38,318 nucleotides of DNA, taken from assembly GCA_003563375.1 (NCBI GenBank), contig PWSB01000237.1, forward strand, positions 1 through 38,318. The letters run 5' to 3'. The notes beneath the pieces are model-generated. The model was given only the letters and a program-made list of their open reading frames with translations, did not search any database and was not told the DNA's origin. Each line of letters begins with the position of its first letter. Position 1 is the stretch's first letter. Origin of the DNA: Actinomycetota bacterium (GTDB taxonomy: Bacteria; Actinomycetota; Humimicrobiia; Humimicrobiales; Humimicrobiaceae). Shown in pieces: positions 1-9,312 of this stretch. The position numbers and the translations under genes are program-made.

Positions 1-380
1 ACAATAGAATCGATCGCCCCTACTTCATGGAAATGGATTTTTTCAACCGGGCAGCCATGTACTGTAGCTTCTGCTTTTGCCAGTATATCAAACATCTCCA
101 GGCAATCCTTTTTTACATGGCTTTTAAGCCTGCTTTTTAAAAAAAGAGACTTGATACCGGAATAGTCCCTGAAAGGCTGGTCAAAATATTTTACTTCAAA
201 CCTCTTGGCTTTTAAGGAGCCTGCTATTACATTATCTACATCGAGCCGGTATCCCTTTATATCTATTTTTTTTAGCTCTTTTTCTAGCACCCTCAGGTCA
301 AGGCCCAGGTCCAACAGGGCCCCTACCATCATATTTCCGCTTATTCCTGAAAAACAATCAATATATAATGAATTTCCCAT
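1..380 (-). CDS. larC: LarC-type nickel insertion protein (DUF111 family), N-terminal ~126 codons; gene runs off the left edge
   Basis: My translation of the reverse strand from the ATG at 380..378 gives MGNSLYIDCFSGISGNMMVGALLDLGLD...EKIHFHEVGAIDSI, which matches the LarC/DUF111 N-terminal signature. An AGGAAAG Shine-Dalgarno lies just upstream. The ORF is absent from the track because it has no stop codon in the window. Confidence 0.8.
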   Translation of the reverse strand, partial: MGNSLYIDCFSGISGNMMVGALLDLGLDLRVLEKELKKIDIKGYRLDVDNVIAGSLKAKRFEVKYFDQPFRDYSGIKSLFLKSRLKSHVKKDCLEMFDILAKAEATVHGCPVEKIHFHEVGAIDSI

Positions 381-465
381 AATTCTTTCCTGAAATATTT
401 AAATAATAACATTTTAAATAAAAATCAATTTTAATAAAACACCCTTGCTGTTAATATATTATTTT

Positions 466-1257
466 ATGGATGCAAGAATAGAAAAGTTGCTGTTATATGT
501 AAAAAAACTAGGTTCTGCCGTGGTAGCATATTCAGGAGGGTCCGACAGCAGTCTGCTAGCCCTGCTAACTTACAAGGCTTTGGGCAAAGATGCGGTCCTG
601 GCCACAGTAGAAAGCCCTTTGACCACCGCTGAAGAGATCGAAGAATCCAAAGAGATTGCCAGGTCCATAGGAATCGAACAGTATATCTTATATTCAGACA
701 TACTTTCCTTGCCAGAGTTTAGGGAAAATCCTAAACATAGGTGCTATATCTGCAAAAAGGAGATGTTTTCCAGTATTTGCCGCCTTAAGAAAGAACTGGG
801 GTTCTCTTCGGTGATCGAAGGCTCCAACGCGGATGACATATTAACCTTTAGGCCCGGCCTTGATACATTAAAAAAATTAGATATTAAAAGTCCTTTTTTA
901 GAGGCTGGCCTAAATAAACAAATGATAAGGGCATATGCCAAAGCCCTGGGGCTTTCCAACCATGACCTTCCTTCATCTGCCTGCCTTGCCTCCAGGATAC
1001 CCTATGGGCAGAAGATCACCTCAAAAAAACTTGCCAAAATCAAAGATGCAGAATATTTTTTAAAAAAACTTGGTTATAAGGTGGTAAGGGTCAGGTATCA
1101 CTATCCTGTCGCAAGAATTGAGGTTAAAAAGGATAAAATAGAAAAAACCTTGGGGGACAGCAATGAAATAATAAGTTATTTCAAGAGATTAGGGTTTTCA
1201 TATATAACAATCGATCTTGAAGGTTTTAGATCCGGAAGTTTAGATGAAGAGGTTTAA
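466..1257 (+). CDS. larE: LarE-like PP-loop ATP-dependent sulfur transferase
   Basis: The track ORF is 445..1257. I prefer the ATG at 466 (MDARIEKLL...). It has a PP-loop motif (AYSGGSDSS) and SSACLASRIPYG, which resembles the sacrificial-Cys region of LarE. It is divergent from larC. Confidence 0.75.
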   Translation: MDARIEKLLLYVKKLGSAVVAYSGGSDSSLLALLTYKALGKDAVLATVESPLTTAEEIEESKEIARSIGIEQYILYSDILSLPEFRENPKHRCYICKKEMFSSICRLKKELGFSSVIEGSNADDILTFRPGLDTLKKLDIKSPFLEAGLNKQMIRAYAKALGLSNHDLPSSACLASRIPYGQKITSKKLAKIKDAEYFLKKLGYKVVRVRYHYPVARIEVKKDKIEKTLGDSNEIISYFKRLGFSYITIDLEGFRSGSLDEEV

Positions 1258-2431
1258 TATTTTTAACCTGATATTCCTGGCCTTTGGAATATCTTCGATA
1301 GCCATAGATCCGCTTATCCCCTACATTTCTGAAACCCTGCAGATAGGCTATGACAAAATTGGAGTGGTGCTTTTAATAGGTTCTGTTTTTTCCCTTGTGT
1401 CCACCCTCCTTTCAGGTATCTTTTCCGACCATCTGGATATTAAAAAAGTCATATTAACCGGCCTGATACTTCTTTTTTTCGGTTTCCTTATTTTTGGCAT
1501 CCATATAAACTTAATTATCTTTTTAATCGTGCTTATATTGCTAAGGTCCGGTTATGGCACTATTGATTCGTCAATACACGCATATATATCACATATACAC
1601 AAAAAAGACCGCAGCTTCCTCTTTTTAAGGCTGGACCTTTTCTGGTTTTTGGGAGCAGTACTTGGTCCTCTGGCTATAGGAGGTGCCCTCATCTTGGGTA
1701 TCGGCCCTCAATTTGTTTTTCTTTTGTTTACGGTTGTGTTTTTTGCGTTGATAATCTCTTTTTCTGTTTCCAGAAAAAAACTGAATGGGGCGGGGCCCAA
1801 AAGATTTGATAAGGTCTTTAATTTTTTTGAATTTGGAAGGGCTATCAAAAATTCAGTAGTGGTCCTTACAAGCCTTTTACTTTTTTTCATGATGGGGGCA
1901 CAAATAGGGCTCTCAACATGGTTTACCGCTTATTTTACCGCTTTCGGTTTAGATATTTCCTATGGCTCCCTCATCCTTTCACTATATTGGGCTTTTTCTG
2001 CACTAGGCCTCTATTTTGGGATGAAGCTCCTGCCAAGGTCTAATGAGATCACCTTAATTATCATATCTTGTGCGGCGGGAACAATTTTTTTGGCAGCATC
2101 ATCATTCCTGGAACCTACCTGGATCAAGGTGTTGTTCCTTATGGCCCAGGGCTTGTCTATTTCAGTTATCTTCGCTCTAAGTATTTCGGTGAGCGCACAA
2201 GAAAATAATAGGATGAAAGGCACCATAATGGGTTTAAATATTTCTTCTGCTCTTCTGGGAGGGGTGGTTTTTCAGCCTATACTGGGTTTTGTGGCAGAAT
2301 ATGCTGGAAGCCAATACACCATTTTTGCCATCTTGGCAGGCTCCATCCTGGGGACAGGCTGTGCAGCAGCCCTTTTTTACATACTTTTTAAAAAATACCG
2401 CATTAGGCTAAAAATGGGCAGAATCAAATAA
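1244..2431 (+). CDS. MFS-type transporter
   Basis: The 395-aa protein is strongly hydrophobic with a roughly 12-helix pattern. Its start overlaps the larE end by 14 nt. Confidence 0.7.
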   Translation: MKRFNIFNLIFLAFGISSIAIDPLIPYISETLQIGYDKIGVVLLIGSVFSLVSTLLSGIFSDHLDIKKVILTGLILLFFGFLIFGIHINLIIFLIVLILLRSGYGTIDSSIHAYISHIHKKDRSFLFLRLDLFWFLGAVLGPLAIGGALILGIGPQFVFLLFTVVFFALIISFSVSRKKLNGAGPKRFDKVFNFFEFGRAIKNSVVVLTSLLLFFMMGAQIGLSTWFTAYFTAFGLDISYGSLILSLYWAFSALGLYFGMKLLPRSNEITLIIISCAAGTIFLAASSFLEPTWIKVLFLMAQGLSISVIFALSISVSAQENNRMKGTIMGLNISSALLGGVVFQPILGFVAEYAGSQYTIFAILAGSILGTGCAAALFYILFKKYRIRLKMGRIK

Positions 2432-2447
2432 GCTGGGGTATTAACAC

Positions 2448-2475
2448 GCGCATGGGCAGCCAGCCGCCCATGCGC
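2448..2475. terminator. GC-rich hairpin between convergent genes (possible bidirectional terminator)
   Basis: GCGCATGGGC (2448-2457) and GCCCATGCGC (2466-2475) form a perfect 10-bp stem with an 8-nt loop. It lies between the MFS stop (2431) and the TIM-barrel gene stop (2486). No tight U-tract follows on either strand. Confidence 0.5.
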
Positions 2476-2485
2476 AATAAGGATT

Positions 2486-3601
2486 TTATTTTTCCATGGT
2501 CTTGGCCAGTATCATCTCTATCTCGCCACGGTTACTTTCGGGATCATAGTATGCATCGATTAATTTTTCGAATGGCAGGGAGTCAATTCTTTCATTCATA
2601 GTGTTAAGGACAAGAGAATTAATCTCTATGGCTTTTTCAACAGGCATCCTTTCAGGGTTTATGTCTATACCGAAATATTCTCTATAGCCTGCCATCTTCA
2701 GTACAAATAGCATGGCTTCTGCCTGCTGCCATTCTATAACCCCGGCATTTAGGTCCTGGTCGTAGTTACCCAGTGGCTGGCTGTTCCAATGGGTATTAAA
2801 AAGCCTTCCTTGCCTCAAGCATCTGGCTATAGCATAAGGAGTATCCTCAAAGCCCATCCTGATATGGCCGATTTCCGGCTGCATGCCCAGCAAGGGTATA
2901 CCTTTAGAGAGCAGATCCAGGTTTGTCTTGTTTTTCATCCTTTCCTCGATATCCTTGCAGGCAATAAGGCCGTCGGCTGTGGTCCTGTATATATTATTTG
3001 GAGCTGGTTCATAAGGTTTGGGTTCAATGGCGCAAAGCACGCCCGGGACTTCATCCATTGCTTCTGCTACACTGCCCTCAAATCTATCCCACATATCGAA
3101 AAACATGGTCCCCAGTGAATAGGTGTATCCATCTATGCCCGGCCAGATCCCGGCATGATGGAGGTTTTTTTCTTTGGCAAACCTAAGGCAATCCACCAGT
3201 GTCTGCATAGCTTTTTTCCTGTATTTGTCTATAGGGTTTGAAAGTGATCCGAATTCATATTCTTTTGGATAAAATATTGCAGGATAAGCAGATTGGAGAA
3301 CAATACCGGTCTCTTTTTCTAGCTGCTGGTAAAGATGCCAATTTTCCTCATTAACTTCTATAGGGTAATGGGCTTCAATCGCCTTTACTCCAAACTTTGC
3401 CATATCTGCTGCCATCTCAATGCGTTCAGGTATGGATTTGTCCGGCACATAGGCTTCATGAAACCTTCCTCCTCCTGGCGCAAAATACCAAATCCCAACC
3501 GACAGCTTCAGATCCAATGAAAAGCTTTCCATATGTTTTAGCAGTTCATCTTTTGAAAACCTTTTTTTCTGATAACTCGTGTCTGTTATGTGTTCACTCA
3601 T
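2486..3601 (-). CDS. Divergent xylose isomerase (XylA)-like TIM-barrel sugar isomerase
   Basis: The 371-aa protein carries IEPKPYEP, QPEIGHIRMG and NYDQDLNAG blocks. These mirror the XylA EPKPNEP / PEVGHEQMAG / YDQDL blocks. In a by-eye alignment the XylA WGGREG block reads IWPGIDGY and the HIDLN Asp position reads THWN. An AAGGAG SD precedes the ATG. Confidence 0.7.
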   Translation of the reverse strand: MSEHITDTSYQKKRFSKDELLKHMESFSLDLKLSVGIWYFAPGGGRFHEAYVPDKSIPERIEMAADMAKFGVKAIEAHYPIEVNEENWHLYQQLEKETGIVLQSAYPAIFYPKEYEFGSLSNPIDKYRKKAMQTLVDCLRFAKEKNLHHAGIWPGIDGYTYSLGTMFFDMWDRFEGSVAEAMDEVPGVLCAIEPKPYEPAPNNIYRTTADGLIACKDIEERMKNKTNLDLLSKGIPLLGMQPEIGHIRMGFEDTPYAIARCLRQGRLFNTHWNSQPLGNYDQDLNAGVIEWQQAEAMLFVLKMAGYREYFGIDINPERMPVEKAIEINSLVLNTMNERIDSLPFEKLIDAYYDPESNRGEIEMILAKTMEK

Positions 3602-3724
3602 TTTATAACTCCTTATCTTTTTGACCTTCTATTTTATTATACATTAATATTATAAATAATATATACTTATGTTATTCAGATAGAAAGCTTTGGCCTGCTA
3701 AAAATGGAATGGCACTTAAAAAAG

Positions 3725-3758
3725 AAGGCAATGCCCAGGCTGTGCCCAGGCTTGCCTT
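3725..3758 (-). terminator. Intrinsic terminator downstream of the 3785..4627 gene
   Basis: AAGGCAA (3725-3731) pairs with TTGCCTT (3752-3758), and further inner GCC/GGC pairs are possible. On the minus strand the hairpin is followed by CTTCTTTTTT. It forms a GC-rich island in an AT-rich spacer. Confidence 0.55.
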
Positions 3759-3784
3759 TTGGTTGTTCTGGTCCTCTGAGAAAG

Positions 3785-4627
3785 CTACATCCCGCATGAT
3801 CTTAGGAAATCTACACTTTTTTTGAGAAGTTGTTCATCCCCTACAATTTCAAGTGTAGAATTTTCAATACCCTGGTCCTTTAGTATCTCACAGACTCCCT
3901 TGATATCTATGACACCATCGCCCATGGCAATTGTAGAAAAACCAGCTCCGTATTGTTTTCCTCTTTTAGGGATCCAGTCTTCTCCCAGATCCTTCCAGTG
4001 AATGTGGTGTATCTTGTCTTTGAATTTTTTTGCTACTTCGACAGGGTCCGTGCCTCCCAGCCAGGTATTTCCGGTATCAAAATTTATACCCAGCGCAGGT
4101 GCGTCATCGAGAAGTTCGAATACTTTTGAAAGGCCTTCTACTGTATCCGTTATAGGGCCGTGGTTTTCAAGCAATATCCTTACCCCGTAGTCCTCCGCCA
4201 TTTTCAGGGGCTCATAAAGTTTTTCAGCTATTATAAAGGTCTTCTGCTCAAAACTTAGATTCTTTCCCCATTCCGTGGCAGGTTCATTGTCTGTAGTGAT
4301 GACATCCTTGACCCCTATTGCTGCCGCCATCCTTATGGCTTTCATCACTTCGGCGGTCCCGTAACGGCTGGGTTTAGAAGGATCCAGAAGGTTTGCATGA
4401 GCACAAACTGTGGATATGCACAGGCCGTGTTTTTCAAAAAGCCTTTTTACATCAAAAGGATTATCATCAAGGCTTACCGTGGGGCTGAAACCCGCGGTGC
4501 CCAGCATGCTTCCCCCTGAATTGGTGTCAGTGATATCGGCGCAGGTAAACCCCATGCCTTTTGCGGCCTCTAGCTGTTCTCCGACACCCTGGAACGGTTT
4601 GATCAAAAGAAATAATCCAATGTTCAT
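3785..4627 (-). CDS. Sugar phosphate isomerase/epimerase (xylose isomerase-like TIM barrel, AP endonuclease 2 fold)
   Basis: The 280-aa protein has LLENHGP...NFDTGNTWLGGTDP...HHIHWKD, the typical metal-ligand blocks of this family. A GGAG SD lies 6 nt upstream. Confidence 0.8.
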   Translation of the reverse strand: MNIGLFLLIKPFQGVGEQLEAAKGMGFTCADITDTNSGGSMLGTAGFSPTVSLDDNPFDVKRLFEKHGLCISTVCAHANLLDPSKPSRYGTAEVMKAIRMAAAIGVKDVITTDNEPATEWGKNLSFEQKTFIIAEKLYEPLKMAEDYGVRILLENHGPITDTVEGLSKVFELLDDAPALGINFDTGNTWLGGTDPVEVAKKFKDKIHHIHWKDLGEDWIPKRGKQYGAGFSTIAMGDGVIDIKGVCEILKDQGIENSTLEIVGDEQLLKKSVDFLRSCGM

Positions 4628-4735
4628 ATTTTTCTCCTTTTTTTAATAATATAGGCAATTCTATTATATTGAGAGATTTTTTCAAACAACAGAACTGTTT
4701 TCGCCTATTTTCCAGTGTTACTTATTTAAGCCAGC

Positions 4736-5575
4736 TTAAATAATCTTTCTCAGAAAATCTACACTGTAGGCTATTTTATCCTCCAGCCCTGAGCATTCAA
4801 TTGAGACATCGCCATCCCAATTTGTCTCGTTTAAGAATTGCATACATTTTTTAATATTGTCTGCGTTTACGCCTTCTCCGATGGCCACTTCGCTGCATGC
4901 TATTCCTGTCTCTTCTCCCCGGAGCATAGCCGCCAATTCTTTGCTTACGTCTTTGATATGCACATGGGTTACATATTTTCTCATTGCTTTTAAGAATTCC
5001 AGAGGATCATTGCCCTGGATAAAGGTATTGCCGGTATCCATGTTAAACCTTAGATATTCTGATTCAAAATGTGAAAAAAGCTTGTGCATAAAATCCAGGT
5101 CCCCGGTATATGGCCCATGAGGTTCTACGTTTAAGATGATCTTAAAATCTTCGGCCCATTTCAAGCATTCTTCATAGTTACGTATGGTCTGTTTTAAAAC
5201 CTCTTCTTTGGGCATATCATACACTTTACCGCTATCCGTACTGTCTACTTTTGGACAACCAAGGTCGCTGGCAAACCTTATGGACTGCTGCACATATTGC
5301 ACACCAAAGACAGCTCCGTCAAAACCCATCATCGGATAAGAGCCATCGATCTGAGAGATCTTTAGATTGTTTGATTCACATATCCTCCTGATGGCGAGAG
5401 GATTTTCTTTTAAGGAAACCCCTGGCTCATAACCCATGGCCTGGATAAAATATTGCCCATCGATCACTCCGAATTCCACATGGTCCAGTTTGTGTTTTAC
5501 AGCAGAATCGATTGCGGCCATAAAACCACCGCTTAAGGTCCGCCAGTTATCCGTGTGCATACCGAGACTTATCAT
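4736..5575 (-). CDS. Sugar phosphate isomerase/epimerase (xylose isomerase-like TIM barrel), paralog of 3785..4627
   Basis: The track ORF extends to 5605. An internal ATG at 5575 (MISLGMHTDNW...) is preceded by GGAGGA with a 5-nt spacer, so I prefer it. The blocks NVEPHGP...NMDTGNTFIQGNDP...THVHIKD align with the neighbouring gene. Confidence 0.8.
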   Translation of the reverse strand: MISLGMHTDNWRTLSGGFMAAIDSAVKHKLDHVEFGVIDGQYFIQAMGYEPGVSLKENPLAIRRICESNNLKISQIDGSYPMMGFDGAVFGVQYVQQSIRFASDLGCPKVDSTDSGKVYDMPKEEVLKQTIRNYEECLKWAEDFKIILNVEPHGPYTGDLDFMHKLFSHFESEYLRFNMDTGNTFIQGNDPLEFLKAMRKYVTHVHIKDVSKELAAMLRGEETGIACSEVAIGEGVNADNIKKCMQFLNETNWDGDVSIECSGLEDKIAYSVDFLRKII

Positions 5576-5729
5576 TTTAGTCCTCCTTTTTAGAGATTTT
5601 GGCATTACATGCTGGAAAAAGATAATAATAAGTAAACAAAGGCTGTCTTTCTTGTAATTTTTTAGAATATATCATTTTTACCTACAGGTATCAATAATCT
5701 TTGAGAAAATAGGTCCCTTTTGGGAAAGT

Positions 5730-5764
5730 AAGGGGAGAAAATTATAGAAATAGAGACTCCCCTT
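5730..5764 (-). terminator. Hairpin 8 nt downstream of the 5772..6758 stop codon (possible terminator or stabiliser)
   Basis: AAGGGGAG (5730-5737) and CTCCCCTT (5757-5764) form an 8-bp stem with a 19-nt loop. There is no clear U-tract on the minus strand. Confidence 0.35.
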
Positions 5765-5771
5765 ATTTTAC

Positions 5772-6758
5772 CTATTTCTTCAAGGCATCATCAAAAGCAC
5801 CTGTAGCAGGGTTGATGTTTATATGCTTTACAAAATCACAAGCCTCTTTTGCCCCCCTCAACCTATCCATGCCGGAATCTTCCCACTCTACAGAAAGAGG
5901 GCCCTCATATTCAATTTCATTCAAATCACGTATTATTGAAGAAAAGTCCACTTCTCCTCTGCCTGGTGAACGGAAGTTCCATCCTCTTCTGGATTTGCCA
6001 AATTCCAGATGGGAGCCCAGTATCCCGTTTAGGCCGTCAAGGGTGACACTGGCATCCTTTATATGCACATGGTAAATCCTGTCCGGAAGCTCACGGATTA
6101 CAAGATGCGGCTTTATGCCCTGCCAGAGAAGATGGCTTGGGTCAAAATTCATCCCCAGTGTTTTCCTATGGTCAAAGGCTTCTAGCAGCCTTACAAAGGT
6201 ATAATAATCATAGGCTATCTCGGTGGGGTGTACTTCAAGGGCAAAGACAATGCCCCTCTGGTCCATTTCATCAAACAAAGGACTCCATCTTTCAACTATG
6301 GTGTCATATCCTTCCTTTATCATCTCCTCTGTAGTCTGGGGAAATGAATACCAATAATTCCAAATGGGTGAGCCGGTAAAACCGGTTATTATCTTGATCC
6401 CCAGCTTTTCAGCAGCTGTGATAGTATATTTGACTTCCTGTGTGGCCCATTCCCTCATCGCTTTGGGATCATCTGCAACAGAAGATGGAGCAAAACCATT
6501 ATGCCTTTTGTCAAAAACATCCCCCACCAACTGGCCAGAGAGATGCACGCTTATAGCCCAGGCTCCAAGATTGTATTTTTCTAAGGTGTCTTTTATCTCT
6601 TTTACATAAGAATCATCTTCGGCTGCTTTTTTAGGGTCTATATGGTTTCCCCAGGTTGCAAGCTCTAAGCCTTCATAGCCAAATTCCGAAGAAACCTTGC
6701 ACATTTCTTCAAACGAAAGGTCTGCCCACTGGCCGGTAAAGATTGTGATTGGTCTCAT
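5772..6758 (-). CDS. Sugar phosphate isomerase/epimerase (xylose isomerase-like TIM barrel), long form
   Basis: The 328-aa protein has LEVHPTE...NFDPSHLLWQG...YHVHIKD...WEDS blocks. An AAGGGG SD lies upstream. Confidence 0.8.
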   Translation of the reverse strand: MRPITIFTGQWADLSFEEMCKVSSEFGYEGLELATWGNHIDPKKAAEDDSYVKEIKDTLEKYNLGAWAISVHLSGQLVGDVFDKRHNGFAPSSVADDPKAMREWATQEVKYTITAAEKLGIKIITGFTGSPIWNYWYSFPQTTEEMIKEGYDTIVERWSPLFDEMDQRGIVFALEVHPTEIAYDYYTFVRLLEAFDHRKTLGMNFDPSHLLWQGIKPHLVIRELPDRIYHVHIKDASVTLDGLNGILGSHLEFGKSRRGWNFRSPGRGEVDFSSIIRDLNEIEYEGPLSVEWEDSGMDRLRGAKEACDFVKHININPATGAFDDALKK

Positions 6759-6907
6759 TTTTTACCCCTTAATATGTCTCAATGATAAATCTTATACTTA
6801 TTTTAAAATCCTATAAAGATTCTATTATGCTTATTAAATAGTAATATCGTTCTCAGCTATTTGCAAGCACGCACAAGCTTTTCTTTTTTAGCTTTTATGC
6901 AAAGATT

Positions 6908-7570
6908 TCAGTTTTTTTTTGCTTTTTCTATTACCATTCTTGTATTTATCTCTAAGATCTCCTTGATCTCATCGGGGTTTAGGCCGGCTCCCTTGCCGAC
7001 TACCTCCTGAAAGTTTCCTTGAAAAAGGTCATATGGCCCGTGTGCGTCTGTATTCAGTAAAAATCTTGCTCCAGCCTTCCTCCCCAGGACAACCGTCCTC
7101 CCGTTTCCAAGGCTGTGGCCCTTACGCGCTGTGACCTCTAAGAATATACCGTTTTTTGCGGCAGCCTCAGCCTCTTTTTCAGAGATTATCCCTGGATGGG
7201 CAAGTATGTCCACATGTTTGGAATTGACGGCTTCCCAGTTTGTGCCTTCTTCTACCCTTTCCACAACAGACTGGCCGTGGGCTATCACCAGCTTGGCTCC
7301 CCTCTCCTTAGCATAGCCCGCCATTTTGTCGATATCTTTTGCGGGGACATTGGATATTTCTACACCAGGGATAGCCGTAATATCCCAGTATTTCTCAGCA
7401 AGCTGGCAATCTTTTTTAATATTATCTACTAAAAAGTCAAGATTGGAGTAGCTTGCATGATCGGTTATTGCGATAGCCTTATATCCATAGGATACCGCAA
7501 ACCTGGTTAGCTCAATAGGGCTGGCTATGCCGTCTGAAAAAAAGCTATGGGTATGAAAATCAAATATCAT
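6908..7570 (-). CDS. PHP-domain metal-dependent phosphoesterase
   Basis: MIFDFHTHSFFSDG...AITDHA...AHP...NTDAHG is the classic PHP His/Asp motif series. Confidence 0.8.
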   Translation of the reverse strand: MIFDFHTHSFFSDGIASPIELTRFAVSYGYKAIAITDHASYSNLDFLVDNIKKDCQLAEKYWDITAIPGVEISNVPAKDIDKMAGYAKERGAKLVIAHGQSVVERVEEGTNWEAVNSKHVDILAHPGIISEKEAEAAAKNGIFLEVTARKGHSLGNGRTVVLGRKAGARFLLNTDAHGPYDLFQGNFQEVVGKGAGLNPDEIKEILEINTRMVIEKAKKN

Positions 7571-7673
7571 GTTTATGGCCTTTCCGGAACTTTAAAAAAT
7601 CAGGTCTATTTTACCAAGTTAGAATTAATAAAACTATAATTTTGGACCAAGTTATAGTAAACTTTGTAAAGTC

Positions 7674-8615
7674 ATGGATGAAAAAAATATAATAGAACTG
7701 TCCAATAAGATCAGGGAAACAGTCCTTCCCTATTTTGGAAAACCTGAAGCAAAAAAAATCTCAGGTAAATCCATAGGGGGAGACTCTACTTTTCTCGTAG
7801 ACGATATTTCTGAACATTTTTTGTCAAACTACCTCAAAAATGAGGCTGGCAATATTGCTTATTATTCTGAAGACCGCGGATTGGTGAAGGTGGGCAACCC
7901 CAGGCACCTGCTTATAATAGATCCCATTGACGGAACAAGAGCTGCAGCCTGCGGCCTGGAATCCGGATGCATATCCATCGCTGTCTCCCCTTACGTAGAA
8001 CAGCCCACAATGGCCAATATTGAAACTGCAGTTGTCCAAGAAATAAAATCTGGAAGGATTTATTTTGCCCAAAAGTCCAAAGGCGCCAAAATTATAGAAG
8101 GGGCAAGGTCTTTTGAGCCTAAACCTTCAGAAAATACTGAGATCGATTCGCTTTTCTGGTCTATTGGCCTCAGGGGCAGGCCCATAGTCCCCCTCATAAA
8201 TGTAATGGAAGAGCTTATCGATATATCTAATTTCAATGGGACAGTTTTTGGCCTTGGGAGTGCTTCCTTTTCCTTGACCAGGGTAGCGGGAGGCCAACTT
8301 GATTCCTATATTGATATAGGGCATAGGCTGGTAACAGATTTCCCGGTACTTGAAAAACATTATCTGCAGGTCGGGCAAGGGAGCATTATAAATAATTATC
8401 CTTATGACATAGCTGCAGGCTACCTGATATTAAAAGAGGCCGGAGGCGTTGTTACTGACGCATATGGAAAGGACCTGCACGAACACCCGCTTATGGGTAT
8501 TGGGAAAAAATACCAGCTTTCAATTATTGCCTCTTCAAATCCGTCTATCCATAGGATACTGGTGATGCTGATAGACAGGGGTTTTACCAGGCTTGAAGGC
8601 AATATGAAGAGTTAG
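7674..8615 (+). CDS. Inositol monophosphatase / FBPase-family phosphatase
   Basis: The IIDPIDGT motif and the SED...GL upstream block are typical of the IMPase superfamily. The gene is divergent from the PHP gene. Confidence 0.75.
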   Translation: MDEKNIIELSNKIRETVLPYFGKPEAKKISGKSIGGDSTFLVDDISEHFLSNYLKNEAGNIAYYSEDRGLVKVGNPRHLLIIDPIDGTRAAACGLESGCISIAVSPYVEQPTMANIETAVVQEIKSGRIYFAQKSKGAKIIEGARSFEPKPSENTEIDSLFWSIGLRGRPIVPLINVMEELIDISNFNGTVFGLGSASFSLTRVAGGQLDSYIDIGHRLVTDFPVLEKHYLQVGQGSIINNYPYDIAAGYLILKEAGGVVTDAYGKDLHEHPLMGIGKKYQLSIIASSNPSIHRILVMLIDRGFTRLEGNMKS

Positions 8616-8620
8616 CTTAT

Positions 8621-9307
8621 ATGGTACTGGAACATATAATCGAAAGAATCGGCTTCTCAGTCTGCCACCAGATATCAGATAGGAGCTTAGCCCTTGGAGA
8701 GACCGTCATCCCCCTATGCGCCCGCTGCCATGGCTTGTATATGGGGTTTTTTGTGGCTACAGCCCTTCTCTTTATATTATATAGGAAAAGGGAGGCGGCA
8801 CTGCCTTCTGTGTGGGTCATAGTGATATTTTTAGTTTTCATCTCATCCACATTGTTAGATGGGTCCCTGTCTTATCTTGGTATAACGTCTACAAATAATA
8901 ATATAAGGTTTGTAACCGGATTTTTGTGTATGGCCTCTATTGCGGCCATACTTTATCCCGTATTCATCTTTCAATATTTCAAAAGGACCCTAGGCCAGCG
9001 GATACTTTCAAAGGGAAGCCATTTCTTATTATTTATGGGCATCTTATCCGTGATTGTTATCCTGCACCTGGCAAGATTTGGATTCTTGAGCAGCACGATG
9101 TACTATCTAAGCGCTTTTTCATTGATTTTTACTTTCTTTTTTATAAACCTTACCGTCGTTCTGCTTCTTCCGCCTTTTTCTAAAAAAGCAAGCAGGCTTT
9201 TCTCAAGGTACCTTTTGCTTCCTTCCATCCTGGCCATTATGATGACCGGCTTTGAGCTATACATATTTTATCTGGTAAGGCTTGCCGCTGAAAGGGCTTT
9301 TTACTAG
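8621..9307 (+). CDS. DUF2085-like integral membrane protein
   Basis: It has an N-terminal CHQ...R...CARCHGLY motif followed by multiple TM helices. It starts 5 nt after the IMPase-family gene. Confidence 0.6.
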   Translation: MVLEHIIERIGFSVCHQISDRSLALGETVIPLCARCHGLYMGFFVATALLFILYRKREAALPSVWVIVIFLVFISSTLLDGSLSYLGITSTNNNIRFVTGFLCMASIAAILYPVFIFQYFKRTLGQRILSKGSHFLLFMGILSVIVILHLARFGFLSSTMYYLSAFSLIFTFFFINLTVVLLLPPFSKKASRLFSRYLLLPSILAIMMTGFELYIFYLVRLAAERAFY

Positions 9308-9312
9308 GCCGG

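Noticed and set aside
205-393. 62-aa plus-strand ORF at the left end.
   Set aside because: It is antisense to the clearly LarC-like reading frame on the minus strand, so I treat it as a shadow ORF.
3704-3799. 31-codon plus-strand mini-ORF (MEWHLKKKAMPRLCPGLPFGCSGPLRKLHPA) in a GC-rich island that contains the direct repeat TGCCCAGGC-TG-TGCCCAGGC.
   Set aside because: The GC-rich segment folds as the terminator hairpin of the 3785..4627 gene. The ORF also has no SD and runs into the neighbouring gene's 3' end.
4688-4699. AACAGAACTGTT inverted repeat in the spacer between two TIM-barrel genes, considered as a shared operator for the array.
   Set aside because: The arms are only 5 bp. I found no matching copy in the other three spacers of the array (3602-3784, 5606-5771, 6759-6907).
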